Assembly: GCA_963794795.1 (NCBI GenBank)
Contig: CAWCFC010000003.1
Span: 178,002-242,001 of the forward strand
DNA length: 64,000 nt
Origin: an uncultured Acidobacteriota bacterium
GTDB taxonomy: Bacteria > Acidobacteriota > Terriglobia > Terriglobales > Acidobacteriaceae
Reading direction: 5' to 3'
Part shown: positions 49,613 through 63,389 of the stretch, one piece after another
Layout of the letters: each line of letters starts with the position of its first letter
Position numbering within the stretch: the stretch's first letter is position 1
Program-made: the position numbers and the translations under genes
Notes under the pieces: generated by a model
Told to the model about the DNA's origin: nothing
What the model saw: only the letters and a program-made list of their open reading frames with translations
Database searches by the model: none

Positions 49613-50812
49613 ATGGAAAAGTTTCGAATCGTTTTATCTTCAAGGTCCGCAAAAATGTTTGCGGCAATTTCGGCAGTATCCTGCGCCGCAATTTGTGCGG
49701 CATTGTTCGTGATCATCGGCAGTCTGATGCCTTCCGCCGCGTGGGCCCAGGCCGCTGCGAGCGCACCGCCCGCGGCGGGTGCGACAACCGCCAGTATTCA
49801 TGGCCACGCCCAGGACCCGTTGAGTCAGCCCGTAGCCAACACGGCGGTAGAGGTGACGACCGACGGAAAAACACCGTTGAATACATTTACGACGGACGCC
49901 AACGGCGACTATAAAGGCAGCGGCATTAAGCCCGGTAACTACACCATCGTCCTGTATGGAGATATCAAGGGCAAAGACGGCAAGATGACCAAGGGCATCA
50001 TCGACTATCAGGAGAATGTGAAACTGACAGCCGGAACCGATAGTCAGGTCGACTTCGATATGACCCGCCAGGCCTATATCTCAAAGTTGCCGCCGGATGT
50101 GCAAAAGCAGATTGCCGCCGTGCGCAAAGAGAATGAAGCGACGGAGAAGCAAAACAGCCAGATCAAGAACGTGAATAAATTGATTGTCGATGCTCGCACG
50201 GCGCGGAAGGCGGGCAATTTCGACCAGGCAATCGCGCTGGATACGCAAGCGACCCAGGCCAAGCCGGATGTGGGGCTGACCTGGTACGAACTTGGGGATA
50301 GCGAACTGGCCGCAAAGAAATATGCGGACGCCGCTACCAACTACAAGAAAGCCCTAGCATTGCTGGCTACCGAAAAGGCTCCGAAGCCGGATGTAATCGC
50401 CGCTGCGGACAATAATCTAGGCGAGGCGCTGGCAAAGTCGGGTAACGTGAATGACGCGGTTGCGGCCTATGAGGCTGCCGCCAAGGCAGATCCGACGCAG
50501 GCCGGCATGTACTATGCCAACGAGGCGATCGTTCTGTTCAAGACCGGCCAGGGCGACGCAGCAGGAGCTGCAGCCGACAAAGCCATTGCTGCCGATCCAA
50601 ACAAGGCGATTGCGTATTACATCAAGGGATGGTCGTTGGTGCAGCACGCCACCGTCGATCCCAAGACCAGCAAAATCGTGTTGCCTCCAGGCTGCGCGGA
50701 CGCCTACCAGAAGTTTCTTTCCCTGCAGCCCACCGGACCGCTCGCTGCGGATGCTCAGAATATATTGCAGCAGGCCGGCGAAACCGTCCACTCGTCGTAC
50801 AAGAAGCACTGA
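49613..50812 (+). CDS. secreted CarboxypepD_reg-like domain plus TPR repeat protein
   Basis: A signal/anchor segment (AAICAALFVIIGSLMPSAAWAQ) is followed by a beta-sandwich-like segment (SIHGHAQDP…TDANGDYKGSGIKPGNYTIVLY) and then TPR-like repeats. Confidence 0.7.
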   Translation: MEKFRIVLSSRSAKMFAAISAVSCAAICAALFVIIGSLMPSAAWAQAAASAPPAAGATTASIHGHAQDPLSQPVANTAVEVTTDGKTPLNTFTTDANGDYKGSGIKPGNYTIVLYGDIKGKDGKMTKGIIDYQENVKLTAGTDSQVDFDMTRQAYISKLPPDVQKQIAAVRKENEATEKQNSQIKNVNKLIVDARTARKAGNFDQAIALDTQATQAKPDVGLTWYELGDSELAAKKYADAATNYKKALALLATEKAPKPDVIAAADNNLGEALAKSGNVNDAVAAYEAAAKADPTQAGMYYANEAIVLFKTGQGDAAGAAADKAIAADPNKAIAYYIKGWSLVQHATVDPKTSKIVLPPGCADAYQKFLSLQPTGPLAADAQNILQQAGETVHSSYKKH

Positions 50813-50927
50813 TCCCGATCTTCGGAATCGCGGATCCAGTTCGTTCATGCAACATAACGCCTAGCGCAACGGCTCCCCGGATATCTCAGGGAGCCGTCGC
50901 TGCTCTCTAGCCCAAGGGGCTTGCCGG

Positions 50928-52301
50928 ATGCCTAGAATTCAATCGTCAGATGTTTCACTGGGCAGCCCTGCCGCTCCCATTTCCTTTCCGGAGGCTTGCT
51001 CCATCGTTTCGGAGAAGGCGGCCGCGATTCAAGCCAACCGTATCAGCGAAGCCGCGAACTGCGATCTTATGGATGCTCTTGGTCGCCGATTGGCAGTCGC
51101 TCTGATTGCGGATCGCGACCAGCCCCCATTTCCACGAGTCACGCGGGATGGTTTCGCGGTTCGAGCGAAAGATGTGAACTCCGAAACGGTTTTGCGTGTG
51201 ATCGGCCAGGTTCGCGCCGGCGAAGCGTGGCCCGCAGGAAATCCCCATATCGCCTCAGGCGAGGCAGTCGAAATCATGACTGGCGCGCCGCTGCCCCCGG
51301 GAGCCGACGCGGTATTGATGGTGGAACACGTACAGGAACTTGCGAGCGAATCCGGCGGTGCCGCGAGCGGCGAGGCGCGGCTGTCACGATTTGTGCGCCC
51401 GATTCCAGGGAGAACTCTGAGTTCAGGAGAAAACGTCGTGCCAGAGGGCAGCGAAGCGCGACGCGGAGATATTTTGCTGGAGCCAGGGTGTCGGCTTGGG
51501 CCGGAACAAATTGGGCTGGCAGCTTCCTGCGGTTTTCTTTCGCTTCCTGTCTTCCCGAAACCGAATGTCGCCATCCTCGCAACCGGTGACGAACTTGTCG
51601 ATGCAACGGCACGCGCGGAAACCTTCACGAAAATTTCAGATCCGTCTCCGGCCGCCATTCAGCCGCATCAAATTTACGATTCGAACAGCCACGCCCTGGC
51701 CGCTCTAGTGCAGGAGGCTGGAGGGACCGCGTTACGGCAACGTCCAGCGCGGGACGACCGGGACGATCTTGCGGCTTGTATCCGGGAGGGCCTGCAGTCA
51801 GCACCTCTATTGTTGCTGACCGGCGGCGTTTCCATGGGGAAATTCGATCTGGTCGAAGAAGTTCTCAGCGGGATGGGAGCGGAGTTTTTCTTCACCGGCG
51901 TAAAGATGCAGCCGGGCAAGCCGGTTGTCTTCGGTCGCGTGTCCTCCGACGGCGATCAGTCTGAACGATACTTCTTCGGATTGCCTGGAAATCCGGTCTC
52001 CACCATGGTGACGTTTCGAGTGTTCGTGGAACCTGTGTTGGCGGCGCTAGCGGGCGAACGAAACTGGCAGCCGAATCTTGTGATGGCTAAGCTCATCGCC
52101 GATGTTCGCACCAAGACTGGACTGACGCGGTTTCTGCCGGCTCATCTCGACACGGTCGCGCCGCTTCCGACTGTGAGTCCCGTGCGCACCCAGGGCTCTG
52201 GAGATCTGGCGGCGAACGCCCGCGCGAATTGTTATCTGATCGTGCCGGAGGATTGCGATTTTCTCAGCGCCAACCAGATGGTGCGCGTGCTGTTGCGATA
52301 G
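50928..52301 (+). CDS. moeA: molybdopterin molybdotransferase
   Basis: Has a MoeA N-terminal/linker region, a MoCF-biosynthesis domain (VAILATGDELV, LLLTGGVSMGKFD) and a C-terminal domain. Confidence 0.85.
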   Translation: MPRIQSSDVSLGSPAAPISFPEACSIVSEKAAAIQANRISEAANCDLMDALGRRLAVALIADRDQPPFPRVTRDGFAVRAKDVNSETVLRVIGQVRAGEAWPAGNPHIASGEAVEIMTGAPLPPGADAVLMVEHVQELASESGGAASGEARLSRFVRPIPGRTLSSGENVVPEGSEARRGDILLEPGCRLGPEQIGLAASCGFLSLPVFPKPNVAILATGDELVDATARAETFTKISDPSPAAIQPHQIYDSNSHALAALVQEAGGTALRQRPARDDRDDLAACIREGLQSAPLLLLTGGVSMGKFDLVEEVLSGMGAEFFFTGVKMQPGKPVVFGRVSSDGDQSERYFFGLPGNPVSTMVTFRVFVEPVLAALAGERNWQPNLVMAKLIADVRTKTGLTRFLPAHLDTVAPLPTVSPVRTQGSGDLAANARANCYLIVPEDCDFLSANQMVRVLLR

Positions 52302-52374
52302 CGTCTATCCGCCCGTCGCAAAAACAGAGTTGTCGACGTGTGATTCGCGATCCACTCCTGCTAGGCTGATGGTC

Positions 52375-52851
52375 ATGAGCAAGCTATCCCATTACGATTC
52401 CGCTGGGCGGGCGCACATGGTGGACGTCAGCGACAAGGCTGCAACGAGACGCGAGGCGGAAGCGAGTGCAATGGTCGAAATGTCCGCCGAAGTACTGGCG
52501 GCATTGCCTGCTAATCCCAAGGGCAATCCGCTGGAAGTCGCGCGCTTCGCCGGCATTCAGGCTGCCAAGCGGACGGCAGAATTGATTCCAATGTGTCATC
52601 CGCTTTCTCTCACATATGTCGATGTCGCCACGGAGATTCGACCTACTGGCATTTTCATCCGAGCCACTGCGACCACCACGGGACCGACTGGCGTAGAGAT
52701 GGAGGCAATGGTGGCAGCCTCTGTTGCTGCTTTGACCATCTATGACATGTGTAAGGCCATGGACAAGGGCATCGTCATCCGGGAGGTTGTGCTGCAGCGA
52801 AAGTCAGGCGGCAAGAGTGGAGACTATCGCCGAACTCCGCGGAACAGATAA
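52375..52851 (+). CDS. moaC: cyclic pyranopterin monophosphate synthase accessory protein
   Basis: Has the motifs MVDVSDK, IPMCHPL, GVEMEAM and IYDMCKA. The start is the ATG at 52375. Confidence 0.9.
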   Translation: MSKLSHYDSAGRAHMVDVSDKAATRREAEASAMVEMSAEVLAALPANPKGNPLEVARFAGIQAAKRTAELIPMCHPLSLTYVDVATEIRPTGIFIRATATTTGPTGVEMEAMVAASVAALTIYDMCKAMDKGIVIREVVLQRKSGGKSGDYRRTPRNR

Positions 52852-52893
52852 GGCTTTTGCTTTCTGACCTTCTTTGTCCATGGCAATCCCCAA

Positions 52894-54048
52894 ATGCATG
52901 GAGAAAGAATGCGCGAACTGCCGTTGCTCATTATTTTTACTTCCACGAAACAATTGCTGCCGATGATTGAGCGCCATGCGCATCGGCTGGTGTTCGGTTC
53001 GTTTGTCCTAAGCGCCACCATGATTGCGGGATTCGTGGCGTATTGGGTTGTTTTCCATCTGATTCTTCGAAAATCAGTTTCGCCGACGAATCATCTTACG
53101 CTGCGACGATTTCGCAAGCCCACATTCTGGTTGCTGGTGGTATCGGGCACAATGCTCGCGGTTCCCGCGTTCGGTCTCTCCAATTATGCCGAAGACGTCA
53201 CCGAGCACGTGCTTCACATCCTGTTCATCCTTTGCCTGGCGTGGATGATGATCTGCGGGGTCTACGCGGTGCAGGACATTCTGATGCGCCGCTATGACAT
53301 GAGCCTGGCGGATAACCTGCGGGCGCGACAAGTGCGGACACAGATGGCTGTCATGCGGCGCGTGGCCATCGGATTTGTCGGTTTGCTCGCCCTGGGATTG
53401 ATTCTCTATACTTTTAACCACACGCGACTTTGGCAGGCCGGAGCCGGTTTACTGGCCTCTGCAGGACTAGCCTCTCTCGCTCTTGCGGCGGCGGCGAAAA
53501 CAACTGTTTCCAACCTTCTGGCCGGCATACAGATCGCCATCACGGAGCCGATTCGTATTGACGATGTCGTGATCGTGGACGGTCAATGGGGCCGAATTGA
53601 AGAAATTACTGCCGCCTACGTGGTGGTGTGCATCTGGAACCTGCAACGTCTCATCGTGCCGCTCAGCTACTTCATTGAGAATCCATTTCAGAATTGGACG
53701 CGGACCTCTGCCAATCTGATCGGTACCTGTTACATCTACGCGGACTACTCTTGTCCGATCGCACCGTTGCGGGAGGAGTATCTGCGTGTCTTGAAAAGCA
53801 CAGATCTGTGGGATGGCAAAGCGCAGGTGTTGCAGGTGACGGATTTGTTTGAGCAAACCATGCAGATTCGTGCGTTGATGAGCTCCGCCGACTCAGGAAA
53901 ATTATTTGATCTGCGTTGCTATGTCAGGGAAAAAATGATTGCCTTCCTGCAGCAGAAGTATCCGCAATGTCTGCCCAAGCAACGCATCAACGAGTTGCAG
54001 AACGCACCATGGGAACAAGTGAACGAGCAGATGCTGCCGACACACTGA
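52894..54048 (+). CDS. mechanosensitive ion channel family protein (MscS-like)
   Basis: N-terminal TM helices are followed by an MscS core (NLLAGIQIAITEPIRIDDVVIVDGQWGRIEEITAAYVVV). Confidence 0.8.
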   Translation: MHGERMRELPLLIIFTSTKQLLPMIERHAHRLVFGSFVLSATMIAGFVAYWVVFHLILRKSVSPTNHLTLRRFRKPTFWLLVVSGTMLAVPAFGLSNYAEDVTEHVLHILFILCLAWMMICGVYAVQDILMRRYDMSLADNLRARQVRTQMAVMRRVAIGFVGLLALGLILYTFNHTRLWQAGAGLLASAGLASLALAAAAKTTVSNLLAGIQIAITEPIRIDDVVIVDGQWGRIEEITAAYVVVCIWNLQRLIVPLSYFIENPFQNWTRTSANLIGTCYIYADYSCPIAPLREEYLRVLKSTDLWDGKAQVLQVTDLFEQTMQIRALMSSADSGKLFDLRCYVREKMIAFLQQKYPQCLPKQRINELQNAPWEQVNEQMLPTH

Positions 54049-54089
54049 TGGAAACGGCGACCGAAGATTTCGGTTGCGATCGACGAGGT

Positions 54090-54431
54090 TTACTTTCGCT
54101 GCGGGGGTTTCGTTAGAATGCGAAACGTGGTCCAAGCGTTCGCAATGATGAGTGCACTGATCTGAATCAACACGGATGTCAGATGTCCAGCGCGCGTGTT
54201 GCGCAAAGCCGGAATCGCAAACTCGATCGCCACACAAAATATCATCGCGACGACGATCGAAATTCCTGCGATGCGATTGGCGCGATACCAAGTTGCGCGA
54301 TCACGACGCGAACGTTCATTCCGAAAACCGTAGATTGCGTTCGGACCTACCCATCCGAAGATCAATGGCAAGGAATAAAGCGACGCGAGAATCGGAAAAG
54401 TTAACAGGAGAAACATAAGCTGTTGTTTCAA
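54090..54431 (-). CDS. SdpI/YhfL-family small membrane protein
   Basis: A four-TM-like 113-aa protein with GPNAIYGFRNERS…ATWYRANRIAG, which matches the SdpI-family loop pattern. The start is TTG 54431 or ATG 54416. Confidence 0.55.
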   Translation of the reverse strand: MKQQLMFLLLTFPILASLYSLPLIFGWVGPNAIYGFRNERSRRDRATWYRANRIAGISIVVAMIFCVAIEFAIPALRNTRAGHLTSVLIQISALIIANAWTTFRILTKPPQRK

Positions 54432-54445
54432 GGCGGGTTACAAAC

Positions 54446-54478
54446 GGAAAAACCGCCCGGCAACAGGGCGGTTTTTCC
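54446..54478. terminator. bidirectional intrinsic terminator-like hairpin
   Basis: A perfect 13-bp stem pairs GGAAAAACCGCCC (54446-54458) with GGGCGGTTTTTCC (54466-54478) around a 7-nt loop. The GC core is flanked by an A-tract and a T-tract, so it gives a U-tract on either strand. Confidence 0.6.
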
Positions 54479-54531
54479 TTCAAGGGAGAATAGTTCCAAC
54501 GGAGGCAAAGCCATCAGAACTTTCTGGCGTC

Positions 54532-54560
54532 ATACTATGAGCCACACCGGAGGGTGTCAA
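54532..54560 (-). promoter_or_regulatory. sigma70-like promoter candidate (minus strand)
   Basis: Read on the minus strand, TTGACA (54560-54555) is followed by a 17-nt spacer and TAGTAT (54537-54532). It points toward the hairpin at 54478-54446 and the SdpI-like gene. Confidence 0.35.
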
Positions 54561-54809
54561 GGCATTTCAGGTCCAAATTTCCTTGAAAAATAAATGTCGT
54601 AGATTCAGTTAGTTGCGAGAAATTCACCTTGGTACCCTGAAAACGCAATTTTTCTCCTAAGTTTCGCCTTTTGCCGTCCAGATTCTAGCTTAAGTGGCTG
54701 ATTATGAATGGTTTCCTTCAAGATTCCGAGCCAAAAACCCGCCGATTTTCGTTCAATCCACAATTTGGCGGACTTCGTCAAATGGCTCGATCTCGACCGA
54801 CAAGTAACC

Positions 54810-56009
54810 TCACTTCAGATTCAGACGAATAAATTCCGAGGAGCCATCTTCGGGCAATCCCGATTTATTCCGGGATCGTTGCAATGCCGCGCGACCCGCA
54901 CCCAGAAAAATTCCAAGGATAATTGCGATCAGCGCGAAAATTCCAACCAGCGCGGCGACATCCAGAATAATTTGCGCGACCAGTTTTGGATCATCGTAGT
55001 GCGGCCTCTGATGACCGAGGGTCACAATCTCTTCGTAGTGCACGCGTTGCAGCAACTCGTTCGCAGCTCCGCTGGAATAGCTTCCTGAACTGACCGCAAC
55101 CAGCGGACCGGAACGGCGCAGTTGAATTGCGGAAGCATTGCTGTCGGTCAGCGCCGGTGTCCACGGATATTGCGTGCTGCCATGGCTTGCGAAATATGCC
55201 TGGATTGCATGTTGCCGGTCAATGGCAATGTCTGTGTCTGGATAGTTGATGATGGTCAGCGTGCCAGTGCCACCCAGCGCGTTGTATTCCGCCGTCACCA
55301 CCTCTGCACTGCGACCAAAGTCCACCAGGCTTGGAGGAAGAACGCCGCCGCTCATGCGATACGACTGCGGTCCGATCGCGTATTTCACCGTTGCCTGTTC
55401 CAGATGTTGGGAGGGCAAATACTCAGGAAGCCTGGGCGGCGTCGCTAGGTTACCGAGAGGTTTCGGCAGCTGGGTGGCCAGGTCGCGCAGTTCACCGGCG
55501 GACATCGGGGTAATGTGTTCGAATGTCGCATCGACCAGAGTTGTTCCGCTCCAGAAAAGTAGGCGCTTGCCATCGAACGCTGCGCCGCTTCCTATGTCGG
55601 CTGCGGACATGTTGGGTCGGCGATAGAAGGTAAACGCTCCGAAGGCGCCGGTTGCGTCTCCGAATTCCATCGCCTTCACCGTCAGCTGGCCGTCGTCGCG
55701 GGTATATCGGGCAGACTCATATCGAGTGAATCCAAATTCCTGCAGCGGGACCGCATCTCCCGGATCGGCAGCGGAGGCTTGTGTGGATTGATCCGGTGTT
55801 CCCGTGATCTGCCAGCCTGCGAAGGTTTCCGGCAGTAAAGTCTGGGGCGCAGCTGTTGCCGTTTCAGTTTGCGGTGCAGTCTTGGATGCAGTAGGCGGGT
55901 GCTTGGCAGAATGGTTTGCAGGGCGCGACTGTGCATGCAAGGAAAGAGTCGTCAGGGTGACGATCAGAATCGAAAAAAACGGTCGAGGTGCAGACAAAGT
56001 CCAGAGCAT
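54810..56009 (-). CDS. hypothetical secreted protein with C-terminal membrane anchor
   Basis: Has the signal peptide FFSILIVTLTTLSLHAQS and the C-terminal TM segment VAALVGIFALIAIILGIFLGA. It lies 30 nt downstream of the amidase gene on the same strand. Confidence 0.55.
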   Translation of the reverse strand: MLWTLSAPRPFFSILIVTLTTLSLHAQSRPANHSAKHPPTASKTAPQTETATAAPQTLLPETFAGWQITGTPDQSTQASAADPGDAVPLQEFGFTRYESARYTRDDGQLTVKAMEFGDATGAFGAFTFYRRPNMSAADIGSGAAFDGKRLLFWSGTTLVDATFEHITPMSAGELRDLATQLPKPLGNLATPPRLPEYLPSQHLEQATVKYAIGPQSYRMSGGVLPPSLVDFGRSAEVVTAEYNALGGTGTLTIINYPDTDIAIDRQHAIQAYFASHGSTQYPWTPALTDSNASAIQLRRSGPLVAVSSGSYSSGAANELLQRVHYEEIVTLGHQRPHYDDPKLVAQIILDVAALVGIFALIAIILGIFLGAGRAALQRSRNKSGLPEDGSSEFIRLNLK

Positions 56010-56039
56010 GGTTCCGAACTCAGACTATCATTCGGGCTG

Positions 56040-58209
56040 CTATTCGGCAGGTGCGGGAAGGGCTTCGGGGGCGTTCGTTTTCGCGATACGAACTCCGCTC
56101 ATCCCGTCAACGTATTCGGCCACTCCTCGATAGAGCGCTTCCGCCAGTCGTTCACGATACCGGGGGCGCGATAGCTCGGCCGCATCTTCTGGATTTGTCA
56201 GGAATGAAATTTCTGCCAGGATTGAAGGCATCTGCGCTCCAATCAAGACGACGAACGGAGCCTGTTTCACGCCGCGATTTTTCAGTCCGGCGTTGCCCGC
56301 AAGCAGCCCGGCATACAACTGCTGCTGGACATCCCCGGCGAATTCGCGGGATTCATCAATTTTGTCACTCAGAGTGATCTTGCGCACCAGGTCAGACAGG
56401 TCATACACCGAGCGATTGGAGTCGGCGTTCTCTCGCCCCGCCACTTCCATCGCGTCCGGCGAGGTGGTGAAGTTCAGGAAATAGGTTTCAACACCGCGAA
56501 CGTCCGGGTCAGAACTGGAGTTGGCGTGGATGGAGAGAAACAAATCGGCATGCGCCGCATTTGCAATTGCGGTCCGTTCTTCCAGCGGAACATATTTGTC
56601 GGTGCGGCGGGTGTAGATGACCTCCGCTCCCAAGCGTTGCTGCAGCAGACGCCCGAGGCGCAAAGCGACATCCAGGGCAATATCTTTTTCCTCAATTCCA
56701 CCGGGTCCGATGGTCCCGGAATCGTGGCCACCGTGGCCAGCATCGATGACGATCCGACGAACCCGCAGGCCGAGTACCCGTGCCATCGAAGGTTGTACGT
56801 TGGTTGATGACTCCGCGGGATACGCGGGTGACGGTGGCGCCAGGAGGAGTCCGCTTGGCCACATCGAGCGGCTTCGCGCTGGGCGCAGGCGGGGAAACGA
56901 TCGGAGACTGTGACGCGACTGCGCGTCGTGTGGGCGGCGGAGTGCGCTGGATCGGCGCCGCGGCGACGGGAGTGGGCTGGATCGGTGGTGGTAACGACTG
57001 CGCAACATGATGTGTCACTGGCCCGGCCGCTCGCACTAATTCGGTTCCCATCGTGGGTTGCAGATCCAGAATCAACCGCGACGGATTCGACAAAATAAAG
57101 GAGTTAAAGCTCACCGGTCGTTTCATCTGCAGAACTAAGGTGGCCTGGCTTGGAGTGAGCATAGTCACGCGCACGGAGCCAAGATTTTCATCGTGCGATG
57201 CCACGATCGGATGAGCGAGGAGGGTTTCAGCCGATTGGGCGCCGAAGAAGACGATCGTAATCTGTCGGCCATCCTGGTTGGAATAGGTGTGGTAGGGCAC
57301 CGCATCGCTGAGATCGATGGCGAGCCGAGTGGAGCCATTTTCATCCCAATATCTGACATCCTTTAGAATCGCCGCCGAGGGCGCCGCTTTGACGGTGTTT
57401 GCGGTTTTGAGAGCGGCGGTTGTTTTTACTTCGGTGACCGATGCAGAGGATGGGCGCGTGGGCTTCGAGTCGGGATCGTTGTCCACCCAAATCACCGAGC
57501 TCGAGCCGCCGGGTCGCACACTTGGCTGTTCTGCAGGAGCGGAATCGGCCGACGCGATAGACATTCCAGTAGACGCGGCGGCCGCTTGTTCTACCGCAGG
57601 CGGGTGAGACGTGGAGGGTTCCGCAATCGGTTTATCTTCCAGGCCGGCGCGAGCCTGTTCTGCCAGCGGATCGTGTGGGTATCTGGTTAAGAAAAGCCGA
57701 TAGCTCTTCCTGGCTGCGGCGCGATCACGCAAATCATACTGCTGAATCTGCGCCTCTTCGAAGAGAGCACGCTGCCGCAATGAACTCGTCGGATATTGAT
57801 GGCGCAGGAATTCCCATTGGGCGACTGCATCGTGCAGCAGCGTTGCATCATGGAAGCAGAGTCCTTCGCTGGCAAGCAGGTCAGCCACCGCCGCAACGCT
57901 GCGGGCCGCGTCCGGCGAGGCCGGGTCACCGTGATACACCGCACGATAGGCATCGAGTGCGTGCTCATATTGGAGACGCGTGCGATTGCTGTTTGGAACG
58001 GCTTCCAGACGGCGTTGGATCGCAGTAGCGCGAGCGAAAGCAACCTCGCTCGCATGGTGCGAATTGGAAGCATGCACCGGCGAAGGACTAACCAGGAATA
58101 TTCCCAGGCTCAGCGACGCGACGCAGACTACCGCGGCCGAGCGGGAAGAGAATCGATGGCAGAAGAGAAGAGGCACGTGTCTCAAATTGCAGACAACCTG
58201 CCAGAGCAC
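56040..58209 (-). pseudogene. TPR/YbgF-like + AMIN + N-acetylmuramoyl-L-alanine amidase (Amidase_3), frameshifted
   Basis: The N-terminal ORF (58209-56692) carries the TPR-like and AMIN (DVRYWDENGSTRLAIDLS…SRLILDLQ) domains plus a Pro-rich linker. The catalytic domain (RRIVIDAGHGGHDSG…SIHANSS) is in another frame (57008-56040). The junction is about 56840-56860. Confidence 0.8.
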
Positions 58210-58296
58210 CTTCAGTATAGATTTTCCGGTGGGCGAAGCAAAGGAAAAACAGACTTACGCGACACCTTGGGAACATCTCTATTGCAGGCCGACGGG

Positions 58297-58971
58297 TTAC
58301 CGATTCGGATGTTGAAAGTATTGGGTATAGCTCTGATCGAGAGCTTTGCCGATCGACTCCACGGCGATCAGGCGACCGATGTACATCTGCGTTTGTTCTT
58401 CAATTTTATTGACTTGCGCAACTTGCGCTTCGCTCAGCTTGACGCCTTTCGCTTGCGGCTTGTCGTCTGAGTTCTGAGTGATGAAAAGCATAAAGGGCGC
58501 GTAGACGTTGGCCCAGCTATCCATCGCGCGCTCCTGTGCCAGCTCAAAATCTGCTTGCATGCCGTAGACGTCCTCATACCGCTTCACATCGCGATACCGC
58601 ATGTAGGCGATGGCCTGTGTGGCCGCGGCGGTTTGCCAACTGGCGGTATTCAGGTCGGCTTTCTCAAAAGTAAGGTTGACCGAACCCTTCAATTCCTGTC
58701 CGGCTTTCAGCTGCTCCATCCGGGCGATCAATTGCTTCATGTCTTTTTGATACTGCACAGCCGCCTTGACGGTATCTTCCACGTCTTTCTGGTTGTCGCG
58801 CATCTCGGACATGATGTTGGCGTTGGCTTCGTGGACCAGATGGCGCTCGTGAATGTACCCGACAATACCTTCCAGGGCGAGAGCGATCAAAAGCCCCAGC
58901 GTGATAATGACGAGGTGAACGAAAAAGTCTCTCCACGTTTCGATGGGTCCGTGGGGCGGCTCGATGTCCAT
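58297..58971 (-). CDS. hypothetical single-pass membrane protein
   Basis: A 224-aa ORF with the N-terminal TM segment FFVHLVIITLGLLIALALEGIVG and a helical remainder. There is no family assignment. Confidence 0.5.
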   Translation of the reverse strand: MDIEPPHGPIETWRDFFVHLVIITLGLLIALALEGIVGYIHERHLVHEANANIMSEMRDNQKDVEDTVKAAVQYQKDMKQLIARMEQLKAGQELKGSVNLTFEKADLNTASWQTAAATQAIAYMRYRDVKRYEDVYGMQADFELAQERAMDSWANVYAPFMLFITQNSDDKPQAKGVKLSEAQVAQVNKIEEQTQMYIGRLIAVESIGKALDQSYTQYFQHPNR

Positions 58972-58997
58972 GCGCGCATTCTCCTGTTCGATACAGC

Positions 58998-62416
<3,419 letters not shown>

Positions 62417-62427
<11 letters not shown>

Positions 62428-63172
62428 ACTGTATTTCGCAGCCCGAACCTGCCAGATGTCTTGAGTCGGATGAACTCGATCGGCCTGTATCTAGGCGCCG
62501 GATTCCGGTGTGTCCAGAGTCGATCTCCGCGACCGCTGCGAGGGTTGATTCTTCCACCTTCCACGCCTTCAGCAGCGGGAAGATGGTGCCCATGGAGAAT
62601 CCGGCACGCACCAGGCTTCGAACGATCCGGGCGGTTTCTTTTTCGTTGGTTGGCTTGTGCATCCGTTTGCGCTCAATATATTTGCGAGCTAGTTCGGCTT
62701 CTGGCAGCTCAGAATAGGCGGCATCCAGCGTCTCGCCGATCACTTGCTCATGAACTCCGCGCTGGATCAAATCCTGCTGCACGCGGCGGCGGCCAAATTT
62801 CTCATTCTCCACGCGCATCCGGGTGTAGTCAGAGGCGTAACGGGTGTCGTCGAGATAATGGAGTTCCTTGAGCCGCAGGACGACGGCTTCCACCTTGGCT
62901 TCCCCGGTTTCGTCGGGCTCTACGCGCCGGCGCATCAATCGCTTCAATTCGGCCACCGTACGCATTTTGCTACCCAGGCTGCGAACCGCATATTCGTACA
63001 GGGCGGCCGCATCCAGTGGCTCCCGCGGCCGCTTAGCCCCGCTTTTCGATCGATTGAAGGTGCCGAAGGCCACGAATGTCTCCTGCCCAAATCCTACGCC
63101 GAGTTGCGCCGCCAGAAACTTGCGGGCCAGGTGTGATCTGGGTACTTGCAGGGCCGCCGCGGCTGCGTACAA
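62417..63172 (-). CDS. recX: RecA regulator RecX
   Basis: Has three-repeat helical RecX-like sequence (ALYEYAVRSLGSKMRTVAELKRLM…RYASDYTRMRVENEKFGRRRVQQDLIQRGV…ARIVRSLVRAGFS). The start is uncertain, either TTG 63172 or GTG about 63073. Confidence 0.7.
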
Positions 63173-63389
63173 TCAGGACAATTGATTTCCCGGGTCGCGT
63201 AGCAGCGTTCGACTGTGCGCGGGTCACTGTTAACTATCCAGTAACCTTGGTAACACAAAACAGAAATAGCGCATCCTAGGAATTGGCTTCTTTCGTCTAT
63301 GGTGAAAAAGGGAAGACGCGGCGTGCATCGAGAAGCCTCGAGTCCCGAGGTCTGGTGTGATTTTTTATTGTTCGACTAGTGGATCGATT

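Noticed and set aside
50813-50927. A Moco riboswitch upstream of moeA-moaC.
   Set aside because: Only a simple hairpin is visible (GGCTCCC-N11-GGGAGCC, about 50871-50895), which is more consistent with a terminator for the preceding gene. No Moco-motif conserved blocks were recognised.
63173-63389. A possible SOS/LexA operator upstream of recX, around the GTTAAC…GTAAC…GTAAC words at about 63229-63253.
   Set aside because: These are only short direct or partial repeats, with no clear palindrome matching any LexA box type I know. recA is also not adjacent.
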